Below are positions 28,934 through 37,870 of a stretch of 49,265 bases of DNA, piece after piece. A program made the position numbers and the translations under genes. Source of the DNA: a bacterium (GTDB lineage Bacteria > JAJRZV01); contig JAJRZV010000065.1 of NCBI GenBank assembly GCA_024275095.1, positions 1 through 49,265 on the forward strand. Direction: 5' to 3'. Numbering within the stretch: position 1 is the first letter of the stretch; each line of letters opens with the position of its first letter. The notes under the pieces were generated by a model that was given only the letters and a program-made list of their open reading frames with translations, had not been told where the DNA came from and ran no database searches.

Positions 28934-29791
28934 ATGGCGACCGAAAAAGTCCGTATTACCGTCTTGGTGACCAACTCCGTGGGGTTGAGCTTCATGCTGT
29001 TTGCAGAACACGGGCTTTCATTCTGGATAGAAAAGGGAGAAAACGCTGTACTCTTTGATACCGGCCAGGGCAGAGCGCTTTTTGAAAATGCTCCTTTTCT
29101 TGGAAAGGATTTGAGACTTTTGAAAAAGGTTGCACTCAGCCACGGGCACTTCGACCACACACGAGGGATAAAGACGGTGCTGGAACAGGCTGAGAACAAC
29201 GTGGAGGTCTATGCCCACCCGGCAGTTTTTGAACACAAGTATTTCCGCGGGCTGCGCAAAGGGCAACCCGTTGAACTGTTTATCGGACTCCCCTTCCCCC
29301 GGGAGGACCTGAAAAACGCAGGAGCCCAACTCCACCTCAGCACTTCTTTTCAGGAACTCGTGCACGGACTCTACATCACAGGAGAAATCCCGCGCCGGAA
29401 CGACTTTGAGGTTCCTGAAGAAGGCTTTTACGTAAAAGAACCGGGAGGGTCTTTCAGGGAAGATTCAATCCCTGATGACCAGGCAATTGTGGTGGAAGGA
29501 GAAAAGGGCATAAGCGTCATTACGGGATGTGCTCACGCAGGCGTATGTAACACCCTTGACCACATCGCAAACTTCACAGGCACACGGTCTTTTTATGCTC
29601 TCATCGGGGGCACGCACCTTGTGAAGAAGGATATAAAAAGATTCGAGCACACGCTTGAATGGTTGAAAAAATACAATGTCCAGCTCTTTGCACCAGGGCA
29701 CTGTACCGGATGGGATGCTCTGGCATTTTTCAGCGAACATCTTGAAGGGAAGTTTGTCCCCTTAGAAGTGGGGGCAACCTTTGATTTGTAA
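28934..29791 (+). CDS. Metallo-beta-lactamase-fold hydrolase
   Basis: AEHGLS, LFDTG, SHGHFDH, TGCAHAG, GGTH, GHCTG. Confidence 0.92.
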   Translation: MATEKVRITVLVTNSVGLSFMLFAEHGLSFWIEKGENAVLFDTGQGRALFENAPFLGKDLRLLKKVALSHGHFDHTRGIKTVLEQAENNVEVYAHPAVFEHKYFRGLRKGQPVELFIGLPFPREDLKNAGAQLHLSTSFQELVHGLYITGEIPRRNDFEVPEEGFYVKEPGGSFREDSIPDDQAIVVEGEKGISVITGCAHAGVCNTLDHIANFTGTRSFYALIGGTHLVKKDIKRFEHTLEWLKKYNVQLFAPGHCTGWDALAFFSEHLEGKFVPLEVGATFDL

Positions 29792-29794
29792 CGA

Positions 29795-30589
29795 TCATTC
29801 CTCGGGAGAAGATTTCCTCTCTTTCTCTTTCGCCTGTCTCCAGAACTTATCGAGGTTTTCCTCGTCAAGACGTTCCGGCTTGAGCCCTTCTGCTCTTATC
29901 GCTTCCACTGCCATAACAACGCGTCTTCGAAAGCGTTCTACAGCCTTAAAAAGAGCAACCTCGGGATCGATTTTTAACTTTCGAGAAAGATTTACCACGC
30001 TGAACAGAAGATCCCCGATCTCATCTTCTACCACGCTTTCCGAGGGTGAACCGCGACAAATTTCTTCAACCTCTCCAAGCTCTTCTTTGATTTTATTGAC
30101 CACGTCTTGCGGTGTTTTCCAATCGTAACCAAAACCTTCCGCCCACTCTCCTGCTTTAACCGCCTGTAGCATTGCAGGCAGACCTTCCGGACTTTCGTGT
30201 AAATCTTTCTCTTTTCCCTTGAGTTCACGCCACCTCTGGAGAACTCCCTCGGGTGTGTGAATGCGCTCGCTTCCAAAAACGTGAGGATGACGTTTAACGA
30301 GCTTGTGATTGATCCCTTCTATAACATCACATATATCAAACAACCCTTCTTCTTCTGCAATTCGAGAGAGAAAAACCACCTGAAGCAACAAATCACCCAG
30401 CTCTTCCCTGATATATTCGGATCTCTTCTGGTTGATCGCCGAGACAACCTCGTAAGCCTCTTCCAGCACGTACTTTCTAAGGCTGTCCATGTTCTGCGCT
30501 CTGTCCCAGGGACAACCGCCCTCACCCCTCAAACGTTTCATTATACCGAGAAGTTCTCTGAAGAGAGACTCGGCATCTTTTGGTTTCAT
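29795..30589 (-). CDS. mazG: Nucleoside triphosphate pyrophosphohydrolase MazG
   Basis: GCPWDRAQ, EEAYEV, EELGDLLLQV, RHPHVF, second domain EIGDLLF. Confidence 0.97.
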   Translation of the reverse strand: MKPKDAESLFRELLGIMKRLRGEGGCPWDRAQNMDSLRKYVLEEAYEVVSAINQKRSEYIREELGDLLLQVVFLSRIAEEEGLFDICDVIEGINHKLVKRHPHVFGSERIHTPEGVLQRWRELKGKEKDLHESPEGLPAMLQAVKAGEWAEGFGYDWKTPQDVVNKIKEELGEVEEICRGSPSESVVEDEIGDLLFSVVNLSRKLKIDPEVALFKAVERFRRRVVMAVEAIRAEGLKPERLDEENLDKFWRQAKEKERKSSPEE

Positions 30590-30678
30590 TGTCTCCTCCT
30601 CAAGTGATGCTGGTTTAAGATAACATAAAACGCTAAAATACCAACTGATTCAAAAACAAGTATAATGAGGGTAAGGAT

Positions 30679-32532
30679 TTGGGCGGCAGAGTAACAAAAA
30701 TTTTCATAGGCGCATTGCTTGTTGCAGCAGCATGGAACGGTTACGCTGCTGATACCCTTAATTCCTTTGCACCTCCTGTGGACGAGGCATCCAGAAAAAT
30801 ATCGTCCATATTGCACACGCTGGATGTGCGGTTACCACTTGCTTACAATGACCTCAAACCAGTAGAAGATGTACTCCTTAACAAGGGGCTGTGGTCTTCT
30901 CCCCTGCATGCATCGGTACTGCTCTTGTGGGCTTCTGCAAAAGAGTTTTCACCAGCCAACATAGATCCTGTTGTAGACGTGGTAATGGATATATGCCCCT
31001 CGTGCCCCTCCGTACTTTACAGAGCAGGGCGTCTGGAAGTAGAGAAGGGGGGCATTGCTCGTGTTCCATCGGCAATGGTTCACTTCCTCAAGGGCTGGTT
31101 CCATTCCGTGGGTTTCTGTATATCAAGGCTACTCGCCCTACCACCACTTTTTGAACTGCTGGCGTTTTCGATCATTATCGCCCTCTTCTTTGTTGTACTT
31201 GTGGACCTCTTTCTCAACAGCAAAACATTGGCCCACTTCATGAAAGACTGGCTCTTCATGAAGGGGAATGCTCTCGTGTCCCCATTTCTCATTCTCGCTC
31301 TGGCAGGACTCCCTATTGCCGTTGGATTCGGGGCAGATATGGCAATTATCATTCTTCTGGCTACATCCCTGATCTGGACGCCCGTGGAGGACCGTGTTTT
31401 CCTGCGGGTGGCAGCGGCATTCGTAATTATTGCTGCTTTGTTCATGGGACTTTCGAGGCCGGGCTACCGGTTTCTCAGTGATTCCAGAACCACCACCTTC
31501 CTGAAGTTCGAAACATTTTTCTGGGATAACAGCTTCCTGAAGCAGCTTGAATCCCTTGCTTCCAAGGACACGACCTTTGAACGGGTAAGGGGCATTTATC
31601 TCCTCAAATCAGGCAGGTATGCGGAAGCTATAGGTGTGTTTGACTCTCTTACAAGAAAAACAAAATCCCCAGCGGATTACGTGAACGCAGGGGTGGCATT
31701 CTTTGCATCAGGCATGGATGAACAGGCCCTTGCGTCATTCCAAAAAGCTCTAAAGCTCGCCCCTCGCCTTGTGTCCGCACATTACAACATTGCCCAGTAT
31801 TACTACCGCAAAGCTAAAGTTTTCGAGGGTGAGAAAGAACTCAACACAGCCAAAGATCTGAACCCGCAACGCGTATCCTTTTTTACAAAGATTTTTAATA
31901 AGGACGTGCCCCTGAGAAGCTTGATGATTGAAGAAGATACGGGATTTTCGTACCCTCGTGTGTTTTTCCTGAACCTTAAAAAGGGGCTGGCGGATCTGCT
32001 ATTACCGTATTCCAGCTTTACATCCGGGCTCCTCATCTCGGGCATTTGTGTCATTTTTCTCCTCATCATAGCGGGAACATTGAACAAAAGATTTGCAACA
32101 GCACCACCTGTAAGTACATGCAATTCCTGTGGAGTTCCTTACTGTGCCAACTGCCTCGATGTGGGTACCGAAGAGGAAGGCTACTGCAATGCATGTCATG
32201 CCATTTTTCTAAAGAAGGTGGCAACAGAGGCTGAAGCTCGACAGAAAAAAGAAATAGAGGTAAGAGCATATCGTCGGCGCAACGAACTATTCATGGGCAC
32301 GTTATCTATAATTCCAGGCCTGGCACACATTTATATGGGGCGACGCAGCAAAGCATTCGTGTATTTATTCTTTCTCATCCTTCTTGGAGGATTTATCCTG
32401 CTGAGAGAGCGTTTCGATTTTTATTTCAATCCTCATGCCCTGTCATTTACCCCCGGCCAGGTTCTGGCAGCGGCAGGGATGTTGATGGTGTATGTGATCA
32501 TGCTGATTGATGTAAGATTAACACGAGGTTGA
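30679..32532 (+). CDS. Multi-TM protein with TPR repeats and a Cys-rich putative Zn finger
   Basis: Several hydrophobic segments, TPRs (ALASFQKALKLAP..AHYNIAQYY), CNSC-x4-CANC-x10-CNACH, IPGLAHIYMG. Start uncertain. Confidence 0.75.
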   Translation: MGGRVTKIFIGALLVAAAWNGYAADTLNSFAPPVDEASRKISSILHTLDVRLPLAYNDLKPVEDVLLNKGLWSSPLHASVLLLWASAKEFSPANIDPVVDVVMDICPSCPSVLYRAGRLEVEKGGIARVPSAMVHFLKGWFHSVGFCISRLLALPPLFELLAFSIIIALFFVVLVDLFLNSKTLAHFMKDWLFMKGNALVSPFLILALAGLPIAVGFGADMAIIILLATSLIWTPVEDRVFLRVAAAFVIIAALFMGLSRPGYRFLSDSRTTTFLKFETFFWDNSFLKQLESLASKDTTFERVRGIYLLKSGRYAEAIGVFDSLTRKTKSPADYVNAGVAFFASGMDEQALASFQKALKLAPRLVSAHYNIAQYYYRKAKVFEGEKELNTAKDLNPQRVSFFTKIFNKDVPLRSLMIEEDTGFSYPRVFFLNLKKGLADLLLPYSSFTSGLLISGICVIFLLIIAGTLNKRFATAPPVSTCNSCGVPYCANCLDVGTEEEGYCNACHAIFLKKVATEAEARQKKEIEVRAYRRRNELFMGTLSIIPGLAHIYMGRRSKAFVYLFFLILLGGFILLRERFDFYFNPHALSFTPGQVLAAAGMLMVYVIMLIDVRLTRG

Positions 32533-32533
32533 T

Positions 32534-33631
32534 ATGGCTCTTCAAGGAAACCTTAAAGACTTTGAAATTCCGGAAGTTTTTCAGCTTATAGCAACACAAC
32601 AGAAAACCGGAATTCTGAAAATTGAATCAGGAGACAGCTCCTTTGGAGTGTATTTTTCTCGCGGGTTCATTCAGTTTGTAGAAAGGAACCCATCCGCTCC
32701 CGGCCTCCATTTTGTCAACTTTCTGGCACGCTCTGGCATAATCAAGAAAAGGCTTGCGCAGGAGATCAACAGAATTGCCAGTAAAACGTCAGAATCCGCC
32801 ATCAGAATTCTTCTCAAAGAAGAAGATCTGGACGTAGAAGCTCTCAAGCGGGGGGTGAACCTTTACATCATGGAACAAATGCTTAACATCATCACACTCA
32901 AACGGGGAGAGTTCCAGTTTGTGACCCGAAAGGTGGACCTGGACCAGCAAATATTTGAACCTCTAACCGCCGACCACGTGCTCATGGAAACATATCGGAT
33001 TGCCGACGAGCTGAAAAAAGAAGTCGGAGACGCGCAGCCATGGAACGATGTATACGAACTTGTGATGGAAAGGCGCGACGCCTTTGAAGAGGCAAAGGGA
33101 CTCGGCCTCAAAGGCGATGAATTGAAGCTTGTGCTTCTCATTGATGGCCGCAGAACCCTTGAAGACCTTGCATTTCGTTCAACCCTGGGGCGTCTGGAAG
33201 CATGGCGAACCATATCACGTCTTATATCTGCAGGGATTGTTCACAAACGCGAGATTGAAAAAGTAGAGAAAAAAGAAGAACCTCTCAAATTAAAACCCAA
33301 AGAACGGGCCTGGACATTCTATCTCTTCACTACAATCGTCGCGGCGGTGTTCGCCTTTGTTGTGTTCGCAAGGATCACTGCTGCAGAAAGCGGCACAAAA
33401 ACCTCCACGGCCACCTTTGCTGATTTTTACCATCGAGTAGGCACAGCGAAAATACGCTCAGCACTTTATGTGTACAAAAAACTTACCGGGACTTATCCGT
33501 CAGAACTCAAAGTCCTCTTTCAGAACGGGAGCATCTCTCCACATGAGTTGACTTTTCCACTGAAAGACGTTTATTATATTTATATAACCAATGAAGATAA
33601 TTACGTCCTTTTGATTCCCCTCCAGCAATGA
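32534..33631 (+). CDS. DUF4388 domain membrane protein
   Basis: MALQGNLKDFEIPEVFQLI..QQKTGIL, GEFQF, LIDGRRTL, C-terminal TM. Confidence 0.88.
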   Translation: MALQGNLKDFEIPEVFQLIATQQKTGILKIESGDSSFGVYFSRGFIQFVERNPSAPGLHFVNFLARSGIIKKRLAQEINRIASKTSESAIRILLKEEDLDVEALKRGVNLYIMEQMLNIITLKRGEFQFVTRKVDLDQQIFEPLTADHVLMETYRIADELKKEVGDAQPWNDVYELVMERRDAFEEAKGLGLKGDELKLVLLIDGRRTLEDLAFRSTLGRLEAWRTISRLISAGIVHKREIEKVEKKEEPLKLKPKERAWTFYLFTTIVAAVFAFVVFARITAAESGTKTSTATFADFYHRVGTAKIRSALYVYKKLTGTYPSELKVLFQNGSISPHELTFPLKDVYYIYITNEDNYVLLIPLQQ

Positions 33632-34587
33632 AAAAAACCTTAAAGCGCGAGATTGTGTTTGATGCAAACGATGTGGCAAAGATTGCTTTTGGTGAGCACA
33701 ATATTAATCTGAAAAAGATTGCGGATACTTTTGGTGTAACTATCGGGTCCCGTGGCAATCGAGTATTCATTCTGGGAGACGAAAAATCGGTGAGACAGGC
33801 TGAACGTGCAGTCACGGAACTGTATTTAAAAGCTGAAAAGGGAAGCGGCGGCTCACTTGTAGAGATGGTATCTCTTTCAGAAAAAGCAGGTACCCAGCTT
33901 CGCAAAGAAATAACAGAAAACAATACTGTTATATCCACCAGAACAGGACGGCGCATAGAACCTCGTTCTCCCAATCAGGCACGCTACGTGCAGGCCATGC
34001 TTCAACATGATATCGTGTTTGCTATCGGTCCCGCAGGGACCGGGAAAACGTATCTTGCTGTTGCCATGGCTGTAAGGTTCCTGCGCGAACGCCTTGTCAA
34101 CCGTATTGTTCTCACGCGTCCAGCAGTGGAGGCGGGGGAAAAATTAGGATTTCTTCCGGGTGACATCACTGAAAAAGTCAATCCATACCTCAGGCCCATT
34201 TACGACTCGCTCAACGACATTCTCAGTCGGAACGAATTTTTCAGCCTCATGGAACGCTCGATCATTGAAATTGCACCGCTGGCCTTCATGAGAGGCAGAA
34301 CCCTTAATGATGCATTTGTTATTCTGGACGAGGCACAAAACACCACAAAAGAACAAATGAAAATGTTTCTCACGCGCATTGGCTTCAACACCAGAGCCGT
34401 GATCACAGGAGATATAACCCAGATTGACCTCTCGGAAAGAGAAAAATCCGGACTTTTGCATGCCCGAAAAACTCTCAAGCACATTCGTGATATTGCGTTT
34501 ATTGAACTTACAGAAGAAGATGTGGTGAGGCACCCGCTTGTTCAACAGATCATCCGTGCTTACGAAGAGGCGGAAAAACAGGACTGA
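33628..34587 (+). CDS. phoH: PhoH-family ATPase (PhoH2/YbeZ-like)
   Basis: GPAGTGKT, RPAVEAGEKLGFLPG, APLAFMRGRTL, DEAQN, TGDITQIDL. Confidence 0.97.
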   Translation: MKKTLKREIVFDANDVAKIAFGEHNINLKKIADTFGVTIGSRGNRVFILGDEKSVRQAERAVTELYLKAEKGSGGSLVEMVSLSEKAGTQLRKEITENNTVISTRTGRRIEPRSPNQARYVQAMLQHDIVFAIGPAGTGKTYLAVAMAVRFLRERLVNRIVLTRPAVEAGEKLGFLPGDITEKVNPYLRPIYDSLNDILSRNEFFSLMERSIIEIAPLAFMRGRTLNDAFVILDEAQNTTKEQMKMFLTRIGFNTRAVITGDITQIDLSEREKSGLLHARKTLKHIRDIAFIELTEEDVVRHPLVQQIIRAYEEAEKQD

Positions 34588-36824
34588 TGAACAACGCATC
34601 AGGAAAAAAGCCCCCTGATGCGGGGAGCAATTTTGTTTCACTTTTTGTAAAAACATCCTTGGTTTACCTGATTGCCGCCCTTCTCGTTTCAACTATCTTT
34701 TTAAGTGTACAGAAGTACAAGTATGTTTTTCGGGTCAACTATCCTTCGCCGGTAGACGTGACAGCTCCACATGACATGCAAATAGAAGATAACGAGGCGA
34801 CCAAAAAGGTTTTATCCGAAGCGCGCAAAAAAGCACCGGCATTTTTCATCTTTGATAATACGGTCAACACAACATCCTTACAGAAAATCAGAAAACTTCT
34901 GCGACGCAGAGATGCCGGCACGTTGAAGTCCTTTTTGTATTCACAGTACCCGAAGATTAAAACAGCCACCGTTGAAACGCGGGATGTATTAAAGCTGGGA
35001 AAGGTACTCCTGAAAATTCTCTCTCAAACGGAAAGAGCCTTTATCGTTGAAGAGCGTCCTGCCGAATTCCGCCGTGCCGTAATACGCAAGGGCGATACCG
35101 ACCAGATGGTGGATATACGAATGCTGGAAACTGTAAACCAGTTCATCAAACGCACGTTACCGACACTTTTACAAGATTACAAATTATCGGCATATCAGGA
35201 CTTGGTCACGCCTGTACTTCGTTCTCTTGTACGACCCAACACGTTCTTGAACGAAGCACGTACAAAAAATGCTGTCATGGCAGCAGTATCCAGAGATGTT
35301 CCTGTTCGGTATATTTTGCGAGAAGGAGAGGTAGTAATCAGGAAAGGCGACATTGTCACCTCGGAGGACATGACAAAAATCAACGCAATCATGAAAGAAA
35401 AACGATTCTATCATACACTCAGCTGGTACATCTCAGCCTCTTTTCTGCTGGCTTTAATACTTATCGTGGTTTCATATTTGGTCCACCAGTTTGCAGATGC
35501 TCACATAACGCTCAAGGACGCAGGGTTTGTGGGGTTGCTCGTGATACTGCAGGCAACATTTCTTCGAACACTTGCACTTACAGGCTGGACGAGCAGTTAT
35601 GTCATACCATTCATATATCTACCCCTGCTTGCAGCGTCCATTATTCGCAAGCGGCATTTAGGGCTTATTCTCATACTTTCTGCAGGGTTGCTGCCCGGCC
35701 TTTATGGTCTTCCCTCCGGATGGTTTCTCTCGCTAACGTGGTTCCTCTCAGGTGCTTTTCTCCTGACAGTACTCATCGCAAGACAGATCAAAAGAAGGCT
35801 GGATTTTCTCATTTACGGATTTGCAGGAGCAGCAGCGGGAGCACCCATTGCCTTTTTTGTCTGTGTACTGGGGGGTGCAGAAACCCCGGAAGCACTACAC
35901 TCCGGTCTTTTTTACGGTGCTGCCTGCATGTTTTCGGGAGTCCTCGCAATAGGAGTTCTCCCAGCAGTAGAGCGAATCTTCCGCTATACCACCAACGTAT
36001 ACCTTCTCGAACTGGCAAGCCTCAACCACCCTCTGCTCAGAGAACTGGCCATTCGTGCGCCCGGGACGTATAACCACAGCATTATGGTAGGAACTCTTTC
36101 AGAAGCAGCGGCTGAAAGTATCGGGGCCAACCCCGTTCTCGTGAGAGTAGCGGCATATTTCCACGACATAGGAAAAATGAAAAAGCCCAACTATTTCGTT
36201 GAAAATCAAAAAGGCGGCGAGAATCCGCATAATCGTTACACTCCGAGCATGAGCGCGCTTGTGATTATCTCTCACATCCGCTATGGAGTGGAAATGGCCC
36301 ATCGCCACGGGTTGCCGGATGAAATCGTCGACGCCGTCCGAGAGCACCACGGCACCAGCCTGATCCAGTATTTTTACGAAAGAGCACGCGAAAAGTCGGA
36401 AAATCCGGATGAAGTACCAGAGGAGGATTTCCGTTATCCAGGACCCAAACCCCGAACTAAAGAATCTGCCATTATTATGCTGGCAGATGCCGTGGAAGCA
36501 GCGGCAAGAACGCTTAAAAATCCCACAGATGACCAGATCGCAGGCATGGTACAGCGCATTATTAATCGCATCTTTGCGGATGGTCAGCTCGAGGATGCTC
36601 CTTTAACCCTCAAAGACCTTCACCTTATCGCCCGTTCGTTTATTCACGTGCTTGTCGGTATTTACCACAGGCGTATCGACTATCCCCGTCCTGCTTTCAA
36701 GGGAACTCCACCGGGAGAGGAGGTGTCAGGTGCCGAAAAGGAAAACCACGAAAGACAATCTGAAAGAAAAACTGGAGGAGAAGATAAGGAAGAGATTAAA
36801 CGCCTGGGGACTCCGAAATATTGA
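34587..36824 (+). CDS. 7TM-HD phosphohydrolase (PgpH/YqfF family)
   Basis: Extracellular domain, multiple TMs, APGTYNHS, YFHDIGK, YFVENQ, EHHGT, FRYPGPKP, MLADAVEAA. Confidence 0.93.
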   Translation: MNNASGKKPPDAGSNFVSLFVKTSLVYLIAALLVSTIFLSVQKYKYVFRVNYPSPVDVTAPHDMQIEDNEATKKVLSEARKKAPAFFIFDNTVNTTSLQKIRKLLRRRDAGTLKSFLYSQYPKIKTATVETRDVLKLGKVLLKILSQTERAFIVEERPAEFRRAVIRKGDTDQMVDIRMLETVNQFIKRTLPTLLQDYKLSAYQDLVTPVLRSLVRPNTFLNEARTKNAVMAAVSRDVPVRYILREGEVVIRKGDIVTSEDMTKINAIMKEKRFYHTLSWYISASFLLALILIVVSYLVHQFADAHITLKDAGFVGLLVILQATFLRTLALTGWTSSYVIPFIYLPLLAASIIRKRHLGLILILSAGLLPGLYGLPSGWFLSLTWFLSGAFLLTVLIARQIKRRLDFLIYGFAGAAAGAPIAFFVCVLGGAETPEALHSGLFYGAACMFSGVLAIGVLPAVERIFRYTTNVYLLELASLNHPLLRELAIRAPGTYNHSIMVGTLSEAAAESIGANPVLVRVAAYFHDIGKMKKPNYFVENQKGGENPHNRYTPSMSALVIISHIRYGVEMAHRHGLPDEIVDAVREHHGTSLIQYFYERAREKSENPDEVPEEDFRYPGPKPRTKESAIIMLADAVEAAARTLKNPTDDQIAGMVQRIINRIFADGQLEDAPLTLKDLHLIARSFIHVLVGIYHRRIDYPRPAFKGTPPGEEVSGAEKENHERQSERKTGGEDKEEIKRLGTPKY

Positions 36825-37056
36825 TATTGTTTTCGTAGGACCGGAAGAGATGACACGTATCAACCGGAATTTCTTGGGACGTGAAGGCGACACCACGGTC
36901 ATTACCTTTTCTTATCCCTGCATCAACTCCTCCGAAAAAACAGGAGAGGTTTTTCTGTGTATTGATGCGATTGTGAAAGAAGCAAAAAATGTAAAAGCAG
37001 ATCTGGACGAATACATAGAACAAATTGCTCAACATGTCTTGGAGAGCCTTGGCTGA
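36730..37056 (+). CDS. ybeY: YbeY-like protein lacking the metal-binding His motif
   Basis: Canonical slot (phoH, 7TM-HD, this gene, corC). EMTRINRNFLGREGDTTVITF and GEVFLC match YbeY. Ends HVLESLG-stop. GTG 36730 after GAGGAGG, overlapping the upstream gene. Confidence 0.72.
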   Translation: MPKRKTTKDNLKEKLEEKIRKRLNAWGLRNIDIVFVGPEEMTRINRNFLGREGDTTVITFSYPCINSSEKTGEVFLCIDAIVKEAKNVKADLDEYIEQIAQHVLESLG

Positions 37057-37870
37057 CAAAAATTTAAAAAAAGCACTGCTCAACTTCCTTCTCAATCGGA
37101 TGGCACGGGGGCTTCCACCCCAGGACCTTGTTGCAAAGGTTTCACAACTCCTTGTCGAACACGACATTCTGGACTCCTCTGAGGGCATACTTTTGAGACG
37201 CCTGCTCACGTTTAAAAACAAAGATGTACGTGATGTAATGGTGCCCCGGGGTGAAATATTCGCTGTCGCCGGAGATGCACAGCTTCGGGATGTCATGCCT
37301 TCTCTCAGTAAACACGGCTTTTCAAGAGTTCCCGTATATGAAAAGAACCTGGACAACATCGTGGGGGTGCTTTACGTAAAAGACGTCGCATTTTTCTTTC
37401 CACCAGACGGAGATGTTCCAGTAAGCCAGCTCATGAGAGAAGCACACTTTGTTCCCGAAACCATGACGCTTCAGCAACTCTATGCAGAATTCACGCGCCA
37501 TCGGGTACATATCGCCATGGTTATAGACGAATACGGCTCTGTCACAGGCCTCGTAACCATGGAAGACCTGCTGGAGGAGATTTTCGGCGAAATCCAGGAC
37601 GAATATGACAGCGAAAGCGACCCTGAAATCCAGATGGTGGGCGAAAACGCCGCCCTTGTCCAGGGCAGGGTCAACATTGACAGGCTTTTTGAAATTTTCG
37701 GGGTTTCTATTGAAGCAGAGGGCATTGACACAGTAAACGGGCTCCTGTCACAATTGAAAAACGGGATCCCCCAGAAAGGGGACGTGTTTGAATATTACAC
37801 TCTCGTCTTCCGTGTACTCGAAAGTGACGAGCGCCAGGCGAAAAAGGTCCTCATCAGACGCGTCAATTAA
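37049..37870 (+). CDS. CBS-pair + CorC/HlyC domain protein (YbeX/CorC-like)
   Basis: VRDVMVPR, GFSRVPVY, VIDEYG..GLVTMEDLLEEIFGEIQDEYD. Start could be 37034 or 37049. Confidence 0.92.
   Translation: MADKNLKKALLNFLLNRMARGLPPQDLVAKVSQLLVEHDILDSSEGILLRRLLTFKNKDVRDVMVPRGEIFAVAGDAQLRDVMPSLSKHGFSRVPVYEKNLDNIVGVLYVKDVAFFFPPDGDVPVSQLMREAHFVPETMTLQQLYAEFTRHRVHIAMVIDEYGSVTGLVTMEDLLEEIFGEIQDEYDSESDPEIQMVGENAALVQGRVNIDRLFEIFGVSIEAEGIDTVNGLLSQLKNGIPQKGDVFEYYTLVFRVLESDERQAKKVLIRRVN

Noticed and set aside
30586-30816. 76-aa minus-strand ORF abutting mazG
   Set aside because: Overlaps the TPR gene and the divergent promoter region (TATAAT at 30661), has no recognisable motif, and mazG has its own SD.
32185-32199. 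CNACH as a heme c binding motif
   Set aside because: It is the last of three CxxC pairs in a compact cluster, more consistent with a Zn finger.
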